Shown here: positions 39,096-47,794 of the stretch, in pieces
Layout: every line of letters starts with the position of its first letter
Position numbering within the stretch: position 1 is the stretch's first letter
DNA from: Pseudomonadota bacterium
GTDB lineage: Bacteria > Bdellovibrionota > Bdellovibrionia > Bdellovibrionales > SG-bin7
Assembly (NCBI GenBank): GCA_034439715.1
Contig: JAWXAY010000043.1
Location: 1-64,000, forward strand
Direction: 5' to 3'
Length of the DNA stretch: 64,000 bases
The notes under the pieces: model-generated
What the model saw: the letters and a program-made list of their open reading frames with translations, nothing else
What the model was told of the DNA's origin: nothing
Database searches by the model: none
Program-made: the position numbers and the translations under genes

Positions 39096-41018
39096 TTAGG
39101 CCGCATCTTTAAATTTGATGGCAAAATAAGTAAGGTCATCCACTAGGGGAGAGTCTTTTCGATAAGCTTGAATTTTACCTTGAATTTTTTCGGAAAAGGA
39201 CTCAAGTGTGTCTCCCCCAATAGAGTCTAGAACGGCATTGATGTATCGTCTTTCGCCCCAACTTTTGCCAGTTTGATCTTTAAGGTCGGGAATTCCGTCA
39301 GTATAGAAGAGCACGATATCACCTTGATTCAATTGCAAGGTGGCCTGATCATATTTTGAATCAACGGCATAACCCAATCGCGGACCATTGGATTTATCTA
39401 ACATTTCGACATCTGACTTATCGAGCGGTCTTTTATTTCTGAGGACGTAGGGAAATTCATGGCTCGCGTTAGAATAAGACATTTCACCAGTGAATTTGTT
39501 AATGGCTGCTAGAAAAAATGTCATCATCATTTTACCTTTTGAAGTTCCATGGATGGCCGTATTAATGAGTTGTAAAGCTTGAAGGGGGGTGATTTCGGAA
39601 AGATTTTCGATAATACTTGCCGCTGATCTGGCGGCACTTGTTATTAAAGCCGCAGCAGCTCCGTGTCCGGTCGCATCGCCTATCCATAAAAAAACATAAT
39701 CACCTATCTCGCAATAGTGCCACCAGTCGCCACCACATTCACTGGCAGGTTCGTAAAAGCCATTAATCTCTACACTTCCAAAAGTAGCCGAGCGTGGTGG
39801 AAAAAGCGTTTCTTGGACGGTCTTTGCGGTCTTAAGTTCGTTTTGCATTCGCGCTTTTTCACCTGATTCATCAAGTAGGCGAGAAACTTCTTTGGCCATC
39901 TGATTAAAACTTTGAGAAAGGCCGCCAACTTCATCATTAGAGGTTACGGGAACCTGGATATTAAACTGCCCTCGAGCGACCGCGCGTGAGGCTTCATATA
40001 GGTTGCTGAGAGTCGCCGTCATACCTCTGGAGGCAAATATACTAATAATGAATGTTGCTGAAAACAGCATAACAAAAAAATAGATAGACTTGATTAAAAG
40101 TTCACGGCCGGCGCTGAGAGCTGTCGATTTTTTTACTAGTGAAATGACTTTTAACCCAGCCACGCCCACTTTGGAATAAGAGGCGAGCAAGGCGGATTCT
40201 CCTTTGCCGTATTCTTGAGTACCTTCGGGAATATCAGAACCACTTTGATCCTCAAAAAAACTCAGTTTCAATTGACCTCTAGGAGTAATAGAGTCTTCGC
40301 TAGGCCGAAACTCAATTGTATTATCTTCGCCTACGAGATAGCTGGTAAAAGTTGATGAGCCACTAAAAACGTCTTGAATTTGTTGCGATACGCCAATAAA
40401 AAATACGATGGAATTTTTTTTGGCAAGCGATAATTCATCACCTTCAGTCGCAGATACTTCTTTTTCAAAGGTGGAAGCATTTGGAGTGGGGAGGGTATTT
40501 TGGTTTTTGGGTTCTCCGGAAACCGCAATCAAAAGATAGGGGGAATCTTTACTCAATGATTTAATAGCAATGCCCGAAGCCTTGGCTCTAGCAACTAACA
40601 ACTTAACAAGCTCGTTATTTTGACTTAAGAATTCATCGAATTCGCTATCTTTTTTTAAGACTTCACCGAGATCATACGTCCCTCGTTCATTTCTTCTAAA
40701 AAATGATACCAACGCAATTTTTTCTTGTTTGCTGAATAAGTCTTTGGCTTGGTCTGTGAGCTTATTAACCGTCGGGTCGTATTGGGCCACCATTGGTAGG
40801 ATAGAATCTGTGAGTGATCTTAGTTCTGAGTGAACTTGGGCTGCCATTGTGCGACTTAGGGTCACTGAGGCGTCATAGACGTAGGCAATTTTATCTTTTT
40901 CAAAGAGTTGGGTAGCATACGCCAGATAAATTCCTAGAGTTACCAAAGGTATGCACGTGAGCATAAGTAGGAGTTTATATTTTAAAGAAAGGCCTTTTCT
41001 GCTCTCAGTGTTCATCAC
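39096..41018 (-). CDS. Sensor HAMP + SpoIIE (PP2C) phosphatase
   Basis: Two TMs, HAMP DEVGGLSQSFNQM, GGDWW, GDATGHG, YTDG, DDLT. Confidence 0.9.
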   Translation of the reverse strand: MMNTESRKGLSLKYKLLLMLTCIPLVTLGIYLAYATQLFEKDKIAYVYDASVTLSRTMAAQVHSELRSLTDSILPMVAQYDPTVNKLTDQAKDLFSKQEKIALVSFFRRNERGTYDLGEVLKKDSEFDEFLSQNNELVKLLVARAKASGIAIKSLSKDSPYLLIAVSGEPKNQNTLPTPNASTFEKEVSATEGDELSLAKKNSIVFFIGVSQQIQDVFSGSSTFTSYLVGEDNTIEFRPSEDSITPRGQLKLSFFEDQSGSDIPEGTQEYGKGESALLASYSKVGVAGLKVISLVKKSTALSAGRELLIKSIYFFVMLFSATFIISIFASRGMTATLSNLYEASRAVARGQFNIQVPVTSNDEVGGLSQSFNQMAKEVSRLLDESGEKARMQNELKTAKTVQETLFPPRSATFGSVEINGFYEPASECGGDWWHYCEIGDYVFLWIGDATGHGAAAALITSAARSAASIIENLSEITPLQALQLINTAIHGTSKGKMMMTFFLAAINKFTGEMSYSNASHEFPYVLRNKRPLDKSDVEMLDKSNGPRLGYAVDSKYDQATLQLNQGDIVLFYTDGIPDLKDQTGKSWGERRYINAVLDSIGGDTLESFSEKIQGKIQAYRKDSPLVDDLTYFAIKFKDAA

Positions 41019-41138
41019 CTGCCTCTTCGGAAGAAGCTGTAAAAAGTTTTAAGTCTAGTTCTTAACGAAGCTGGCCATTGATCCATGGGATGTTATCAGC
41101 ATTGTCTCGATAAGTACGAGGTGAAGGAAGGGAACCAT

Positions 41139-44069
41139 TTGAATCAATCAACATCGCAAGGTGCCGCCATTTTCGATCGCGTGTTAATGGGTATTGCGGC
41201 GGTCTGCTTTTTAGGAGCGGCCTATCTGCTATACGACGATAGTCTCCTGTTTTCTCATGAATTGGCGAGTGATGGCTTAGAAGAGGTGGGAAGAGTCATT
41301 TTAACCCAAAATGACGTCCGAAGAAAAATCAGAGATAATTTTGCCTGGTTTTCGCTTAAAAGCGAAACAATTGTATTCAACGGGGACAGTATTTTTACAG
41401 GTCCGGCTTCAAGGGTTTCACTAATATTCAATTCGGGAGCTGAGCTATCGTTAGATGAAAACTCACTTGTAGTTCTAAAAACAGAAACTAGAGATTTAAG
41501 TCTAAACTTGAAGTATGGCGAAGTATCAAAAATTGCTCAACACCAGGGAAAAGTATTTTTAGATCAAGGTGATGGGGAGAGAACAGAAGTAAGTGGCGAG
41601 AATGCTGTTTTTAAAATTAAAGCCCAAAAAGGTAGTCCCGTAGAAGTAAAAGTTATATCTGGTAAAGTGGGATTCCGAGAGAAACGCGAAAGTCCAATTG
41701 TTACTTTAACGAAAAATAATGGGATCAAGATATCGCCCCAAGGAGCACTTGAAACTACTAAGTCGTACGATGTAGAACTACTGAATCCTCGGCAAGGTGA
41801 CGAGGTCTGGATTAAAGAATTGCAGGCAAAGCTCATTTTTAACTGGAATGCAAGCGATGAGGTTAAACTGTACCAGCTAGAAATATCTCGGACTAAAAAT
41901 TTTAGCGAGGTGAGTTTTAAAAAAACCTTTGAGGACAAGAAGTTTGAGTTTCCGGACTTTAAAGATCGAGGAAAATATTACTGGCGGGTCTTGGCGCTAG
42001 AAAAAATTGAAGCTAAGGGCGTCGAGACAAAATTAAAAAAAATAGGTACCAGTGACATTAAGTATTTTATGGTTCGAGAACAAAAGTCACCCGAGCTGGT
42101 ATTTCCGCCATCAGGTTCTTCCCTGTTGCTGGGAGAAAAGCAGCTTCTCACTCCCAGTGGCAAAAAAATAAACTTGTCTGACTTTTTAATTATGGAGAAG
42201 GCCGGAATTCAAGCGCTCAAATTTACCTGGGACAAAAAAAATTACGAGAATGTGGTGTTTGAATTATCCTCGGATCGAGGCTTTAGTAAAGATATCCTTG
42301 AGAAATTTGAAATAGCTGATAACGAAATTCTGTTAGAAAAAATTCCTAAAGAAGGAATTTACTATTGGCGAATCTATGGCAATGACCCAGATAAGGGCGA
42401 GAGGTTAGCGAGCAGGCCAGCTCTATTAAATGTAGTAAAATCGATTGATCTGACGCTTGTAAAGCCAGCAAATAATTTAGTGCATTGGCTAAAACTGGGG
42501 AAAGCCGATATTGAATTTCAGTGGAAAGCCAACGATGCCATTAAGTTTTTCGAAATAGAGGTCAGCCTCTTTAAAGACATGACTAACCCTATGGTTAAGA
42601 AAATTGGAGAGGACAAAGAGTTTAAGCTCCAACAGTTTTCACAAAAAGGAGATTTTTACTGGCGCATTAACGGCATAGACAAGCAAAGTGGAAAAGAGGG
42701 ATTTGAGTATCGTAAAGTGGTTTCAAGCGAAGTCTTTCGATTTTCAACCGATGAAAATCTGGCGCCCCAACCCGTTTTTCCGCCGACGGGGTCGACCGTT
42801 ATTACTTCGATGCCCCGAGTATTTTCGTCGATTGAAAAAGTAATGGAGGGCGGTGGTAGTGCTCCCCCAGACTCTAAAGGACTTAAATTTCTCTGGAATA
42901 ATAACGGCTTTAAAAACGTCATCTTTGAACTCAGTAAAACAAATGATTTTTCAAACTTAGAGATGTCAGTGCTATTAGGAAGTAGCGGTGAGCAATTAAA
43001 GTTTCCTGAACTTAGCGATGGTAAATATTTCTGGCGCGTAAAATCTAATGAACCGACGGGAGAGCGCGAAAATCTCACGAGTCGGATTTCTGAGGTTCAA
43101 ATTCTGAAGGAAATTCCCACCGAGCCTCTTGCGGCTCCTGAACCAAAAGACATCACCAAACGGATTGAGCTTCAGCCCAGCGGGACGGGTTCCTTCATAG
43201 CCATCGACCTCAATGGAAAAAACAAACCCTATTTGGATTGGAAGGCATCGAAAAACGCCAACGCCTACCATGTCATGGTAAGTTCTGATAAGGCCATGAC
43301 CAGAGTGGTGACGGCATCAAAAGTTACAGAGACCAAATTTGACTGGAAAGAAATCAAGCCAGGTAAGTTTTTTTGGCAAGTGAAAGCGGAAAGTGAGCGG
43401 ATGCCATCGAGTTTACCAAGCGCTCCGGGGCAGCTCATAGTAACAGTGTCTTCTCCCAAGGTTGAAGGTGTAAGAAATGTTGAGGAAAAAGTGACATCGA
43501 ATGAAGAGATGAATGCTCCTATTCCTCCAGTAAATCTCAAATGGAATCTGACTCCGTTGACAGCCAAATATCTTATAGAGGTCGCCGACAATGAAGGCTT
43601 TCAAGGCGCAAAAAAAATAAAAAGTAGAGAAGAAAAAATAAAATATGAATTGCTAAAAACTGGTCAATACTTTTGGCGCGTGACGGCGCTTGATGAGTTT
43701 GATCGAGAAATTAGTTCGGTGTCCCCCCCACAGAGTTTTCAGTATCAGAGAAAAATGGGACTTAAAACTCCGCCGTTTATGAGTCCCGCCTTTGACTCAT
43801 CCATGGTTTTTTTATCAAAAGGTGCCAGTCATGTAGTATTAGTCTGGAAAAAAGTCAGTGAGGCAGAATATTATGAATTAGAAATGTCCGATAGCGTAGG
43901 TTTTTCTAAACCCTATTATGCCAATAGAAGCGCTTCAGATAGAGAGTATGTGCAGAGGGTGCTCCCCGTTGGAAAAAACTATTGGCGAATTAGGGCCGTG
44001 AACAACAAATATCAGTCTGACTGGACCCAACCAATTCCTTTCGATGTTAGCTACGGGGCCAGCCAATAG
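41139..44069 (+). CDS. FecR-like domain protein with seven FN3/Ig-like repeats
   Basis: N-terminal TM; GDSIFTG...LSLDENSL FecR-like motif; seven G-x-(Y/F/N)-(Y/F)-W-(R/Q)-(V/I) motifs; start likely TTG 41139 (ORF track 41085). Confidence 0.75.
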   Translation: MNQSTSQGAAIFDRVLMGIAAVCFLGAAYLLYDDSLLFSHELASDGLEEVGRVILTQNDVRRKIRDNFAWFSLKSETIVFNGDSIFTGPASRVSLIFNSGAELSLDENSLVVLKTETRDLSLNLKYGEVSKIAQHQGKVFLDQGDGERTEVSGENAVFKIKAQKGSPVEVKVISGKVGFREKRESPIVTLTKNNGIKISPQGALETTKSYDVELLNPRQGDEVWIKELQAKLIFNWNASDEVKLYQLEISRTKNFSEVSFKKTFEDKKFEFPDFKDRGKYYWRVLALEKIEAKGVETKLKKIGTSDIKYFMVREQKSPELVFPPSGSSLLLGEKQLLTPSGKKINLSDFLIMEKAGIQALKFTWDKKNYENVVFELSSDRGFSKDILEKFEIADNEILLEKIPKEGIYYWRIYGNDPDKGERLASRPALLNVVKSIDLTLVKPANNLVHWLKLGKADIEFQWKANDAIKFFEIEVSLFKDMTNPMVKKIGEDKEFKLQQFSQKGDFYWRINGIDKQSGKEGFEYRKVVSSEVFRFSTDENLAPQPVFPPTGSTVITSMPRVFSSIEKVMEGGGSAPPDSKGLKFLWNNNGFKNVIFELSKTNDFSNLEMSVLLGSSGEQLKFPELSDGKYFWRVKSNEPTGERENLTSRISEVQILKEIPTEPLAAPEPKDITKRIELQPSGTGSFIAIDLNGKNKPYLDWKASKNANAYHVMVSSDKAMTRVVTASKVTETKFDWKEIKPGKFFWQVKAESERMPSSLPSAPGQLIVTVSSPKVEGVRNVEEKVTSNEEMNAPIPPVNLKWNLTPLTAKYLIEVADNEGFQGAKKIKSREEKIKYELLKTGQYFWRVTALDEFDREISSVSPPQSFQYQRKMGLKTPPFMSPAFDSSMVFLSKGASHVVLVWKKVSEAEYYELEMSDSVGFSKPYYANRSASDREYVQRVLPVGKNYWRIRAVNNKYQSDWTQPIPFDVSYGASQ

Positions 44070-44114
44070 CTAGACCCTTGACTAAGTCACTTTTTAGGTT
44101 GTAGTAATAAAGCG

Positions 44115-44140
44115 ATAAGTTAATAATTGTATTAACTTAT
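44115..44140. promoter_or_regulatory. Perfect 11-bp inverted repeat overlapping a start codon (operator or hairpin candidate)
   Basis: ATAAGTTAATA-attg-TATTAACTTAT. Confidence 0.45.
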
Positions 44141-46109
44141 GCGTCTGATTAAAGTTCTTAGCCCCCCATTAATTTGCTGCTGGTTTGTTTCTTTCTTCAC
44201 TTTAGGTTTGGCTTTGGGCGCTAATGCACCTGAAGAGGATATCAAAGCAATGGAAGGCGATTCAAGGGGCGCGCCCTTGCCACAGCCAGCCGAAGATACC
44301 GATATAGAATTAAAACCAATCGTGGGTCCTGCGCTCCCCGTATCTGCGAACTTTCTAAACGCTCAGGGAGCTAAAGCAAAAGCGACGCCTATGAATTTTA
44401 ATATTCAAAAAAGTGGCGGCAAATTACTACCACAAAAATTTATTTATCTGGTCGATAAAAAAACAGTACGGGTGGGGCCTGTGTCTTATCAGGAGCAGGT
44501 AATTAACCTTGAGTTGAAGGTTACGGGGTCTAATTGGGACTTGATGTTTAATTGGCCTGATCATCTTCCTAAAGACGGAAAAATAGAGCTGATCAATCTT
44601 GCTGATCAAAGTATTGTGTGGACCGACGAATTTAGCGTCCGTGACATTGGTGACGAGGTTAAAAAAGTTGAGAAGAGGTCAAAAAAGCAAAAAAAAAGTT
44701 TTATTTTTTATCAGTGGTATGAAAAGGATGTGGGGAATAAAATTAAAGACGCGTTGAAAAACTCTAACGGCGTTCGGGCTTGTTATCGCTTTAAAGGCAA
44801 AGAATATAATCATAATTTTTGTACGGGTCCCAAGGGTATAGATACCAAAAATGGCGTTCCTAAACTTATAAGTTTAAAAAACAAACTGCCGGTTACTGTG
44901 AGTATTAACGGGAGTGCGAGTAAGCCCAAGGGAATAATAGTAATTGGTCGTGATGCAGACGAGGTTAAGTTTAAGGTGACTCTTTCAAAAGGCACATTAG
45001 TGGAGTTTGACACTCGGCCCAGCCAATTTGAAATAATCGATGCCGTCGGCTTGCCTGACAATAAAACACGATTGCGTGCTACGGGTGCAACTCCTTATGC
45101 CGAAAGCGTAAAGTTTTTGGACGATGGCTCGTGGGTAACCGAAATCAAGAATTCGAAAATGTATGTCGGGGGCACTGGAGAGATCCCGTTTTATCAAGAA
45201 ATTTTTATTAGCCAGAGACTACCCAGAGAAAATGAGAAATTATTAGTTCATAGGAAGAGTTTTCTCAACACCTATGCTGCAAATACTACTATTTATGGAT
45301 ATGTTCCGGTCACTGAGGGGTTGAGGCCGATCGACGGAAGTATTAAAAAGTATAATAACAATACCTATATTTGGAAAATCGATAAACTAAAAAAAGGTAA
45401 AATTAATAAGCGAGAGGCCACTGTCGAAGTGGGCAAAAAAGATTACACGGCAATCGCAGATATCTATCGGGGCTACCAATACGAAGTCAGTGCGCGCATT
45501 TCGGGAGTGGCGCTGGTAGAAACTCAAGAAATATTGTTTATTGGCGATCTCATCTTTGGATCTTGGTACGAATCCCTTTTTGGTAACAAGAATTATTATT
45601 ATGGGCAACAGCGCTGGGGATTGTATCTGAAGCACTTTGTAAGTTTAACTTCGGTAAGCGCATTAACCAATTTTACGGCCACAAGCGCGGATCTTAAATA
45701 TCGCCTCGTACCCGGTGTGTGGGAAAAAGATGCCACCGTCGGTTTAATTGCTGGTTTCCAGTCTGTGACATTTAATTCCACCTCACTGCCCATGTATGGT
45801 GTCGGGGCTTTTTGGGCGAGGCCTATGCCAGAGTTTTTTGATAGAATATTTAATGTTATTCCTTGGTTTCGTTACCCTAAATGGGTGGATATGGAGCTAA
45901 TTTCTTATCTCATTGCGGCCGACTCAAAATACAACTTGGGCACCAACTATGTTCTTAATTTTCACGGAAAAATGCTTTTTACGCGCCAGTTTTTTATGGA
46001 GGGAGGCATGTCGATTAGACAGACAGAGTTCAAGCTAACAACCTCTAGTCTTGCGCCTACGACGGGCTCACTTTTAACGGGTACACTAGGATTTGGATAT
46101 AATTTTTGA
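44139..46109 (+). CDS. Secreted protein with a probable C-terminal outer-membrane beta-barrel
   Basis: Signal peptide; beta-rich; ends TGTLGFGYNF (BAM beta-signal-like). Confidence 0.7.
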   Translation: MRLIKVLSPPLICCWFVSFFTLGLALGANAPEEDIKAMEGDSRGAPLPQPAEDTDIELKPIVGPALPVSANFLNAQGAKAKATPMNFNIQKSGGKLLPQKFIYLVDKKTVRVGPVSYQEQVINLELKVTGSNWDLMFNWPDHLPKDGKIELINLADQSIVWTDEFSVRDIGDEVKKVEKRSKKQKKSFIFYQWYEKDVGNKIKDALKNSNGVRACYRFKGKEYNHNFCTGPKGIDTKNGVPKLISLKNKLPVTVSINGSASKPKGIIVIGRDADEVKFKVTLSKGTLVEFDTRPSQFEIIDAVGLPDNKTRLRATGATPYAESVKFLDDGSWVTEIKNSKMYVGGTGEIPFYQEIFISQRLPRENEKLLVHRKSFLNTYAANTTIYGYVPVTEGLRPIDGSIKKYNNNTYIWKIDKLKKGKINKREATVEVGKKDYTAIADIYRGYQYEVSARISGVALVETQEILFIGDLIFGSWYESLFGNKNYYYGQQRWGLYLKHFVSLTSVSALTNFTATSADLKYRLVPGVWEKDATVGLIAGFQSVTFNSTSLPMYGVGAFWARPMPEFFDRIFNVIPWFRYPKWVDMELISYLIAADSKYNLGTNYVLNFHGKMLFTRQFFMEGGMSIRQTEFKLTTSSLAPTTGSLLTGTLGFGYNF

Positions 46110-46225
46110 ATTCCGGGTGCCAGATACTAATTTCACGTACCTATTGGAGAAACCGGGGCTAGGCTAAAGACCTGCGATTGTCTTTCTCAATACAGTACAG
46201 TTTCTAAGCCACAATGATGCACCCC

Positions 46226-46253
46226 TTAACATAGCTCAGCAAAGTACCGATAA
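46226..46253 (+). promoter_or_regulatory. Sigma28 (FliA)-like promoter
   Basis: TTAAC-N15-ACCGATAA, 8 nt before ATG 46262. Confidence 0.55.
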
Positions 46254-46258
46254 GTGTC

Positions 46259-46945
46259 TTGATGAGGTCGACAAGTTTTATTGTCTTTGCCATTTTGTTA
46301 TTAGTTGGAAACCTAGAACTTTTCCGATATTTTCAGTTTTACTTTAGTGGTACTGATCATCTCAAATTTCAAGTAAAAACTCTTCGCAAGAAAATTCAAA
46401 ATCAAGAGTTGAAAGCCGCGCTCATTCGCTACCAGTTTGATGAATTTAAGCAAGAAGTAGCGGCGCAAATGCCTTTTGTCGCGAATAAGATGAAGTCCGT
46501 CGAAGAGGGATATCCCCTAAGGAATATTGCGAGTCTCGCGGTGGCTCCCACTTTTGAAAAAAACTTTCTCATGGTCTCTGGTCTCTTTGAAAAGGGAAAA
46601 AAGTCTTTTAGAGAGGGCAAGTTTGTAAATTCTAATAAGATATTTTTAGGCCTCATAGAAAAATACCCCGAGTCTATTCATGTAGTCGAATCTTACTTCT
46701 TTTTAATCGAAGGAAAATATCAAAATAAAGAGTTAGAAGATTGTGTCGTTTTTATAGACTCGTTGATGTCGAAGTACCCAGAGAGCGAATTAACTGGCTG
46801 GTCGCTTTTAAGACTGGGCAAAATATTTGAAATTCAAGAGCGGTTTGAGGATTCTGTCGATGTCTATAATACGATAATAGGCACCTATCAGGACAAAGAA
46901 TTAAAAAAACAAGCGGGAACTCAATTATCGAATATCAAACTATGA
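46259..46945 (+). CDS. Membrane-anchored coiled-coil + TPR protein (CpoB/BamD-like architecture)
   Basis: N-terminal TM; repeated KYPES TPR-type helices. Confidence 0.7.
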   Translation: MMRSTSFIVFAILLLVGNLELFRYFQFYFSGTDHLKFQVKTLRKKIQNQELKAALIRYQFDEFKQEVAAQMPFVANKMKSVEEGYPLRNIASLAVAPTFEKNFLMVSGLFEKGKKSFREGKFVNSNKIFLGLIEKYPESIHVVESYFFLIEGKYQNKELEDCVVFIDSLMSKYPESELTGWSLLRLGKIFEIQERFEDSVDVYNTIIGTYQDKELKKQAGTQLSNIKL

Positions 46946-47712
46946 AAACTTTGAAATCTGTTTTATTTATATTGTGTTCGGTCCTAGAAATTCATGTCCA
47001 GGCCAAGGAATATATAAGTCTCCCAGTTGCAAAAAATGTTGGCCTTGAGCCCAGCGAATGTCTTTTAAAGTCTTCTCTCTGTAGTGTCACAACAGGGAGC
47101 AAAGAAAAATTTGTATTAACTTTTGGAACCAACGAAGCCACCTTGGGCCGAGACACAGTCGTAATAAGAGAAAGCGCAAACACGATTCATTTAGTCAAGG
47201 GATCTGTACTAGTGAAGAGTGATAAAAAAACAATCGTAAAATGTGAGTTTGGGCAAGTTGTGAGTTTAGACGGAGAATATTTGGTGAGCCGCGAGGCCGG
47301 GCGGGTAATGGTGCGAGCCATACTAAGTCCCTTGACAATTATTCCTAAAGGAAGCGCTGAGGAGTTGGTCGTTGAACCGGGATTTCAGAACTGGCTTTAT
47401 AAAGTATCTCAATCAGGTCAGGCCCAATCAGGTATCCCATTGGTTTGGGATTTGGAAGATATTGTAAAAACTTGGGCTCAACTTTATTCTGGGAATAAAG
47501 TTGAATTCCGCAAAAAGATGCGTAGCCTGAATGGCATTTGGAGCCAAGCTGTGATTAGTGCAAGTCAGCGTCATAAGATTTATGCCGAACGTTTACTGGC
47601 AAGCGCCGAAGAGGATAGAAAACATCGGGCATTTAGCCAAAAAAAATCCGACGAAGAGCGACGTCAAATTCGCGAGATGATGATTCAGAGAAACCACCTC
47701 GACCTTTTCTAG
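46942..47712 (+). CDS. Secreted hypothetical protein, FecR-like beta region
   Basis: Signal peptide ending VQA; IHLVKGSVLV...CEFG; ATGA overlap with the TPR gene. Confidence 0.6.
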   Translation: MKTLKSVLFILCSVLEIHVQAKEYISLPVAKNVGLEPSECLLKSSLCSVTTGSKEKFVLTFGTNEATLGRDTVVIRESANTIHLVKGSVLVKSDKKTIVKCEFGQVVSLDGEYLVSREAGRVMVRAILSPLTIIPKGSAEELVVEPGFQNWLYKVSQSGQAQSGIPLVWDLEDIVKTWAQLYSGNKVEFRKKMRSLNGIWSQAVISASQRHKIYAERLLASAEEDRKHRAFSQKKSDEERRQIREMMIQRNHLDLF

Positions 47713-47794
47713 ACCAATCCTCCAAGAAAATTTAGAAATTTCAAATGAATATGCTAAACTTGAGAATAAGAAGAAATCTCAAGGAGGAGAACCT

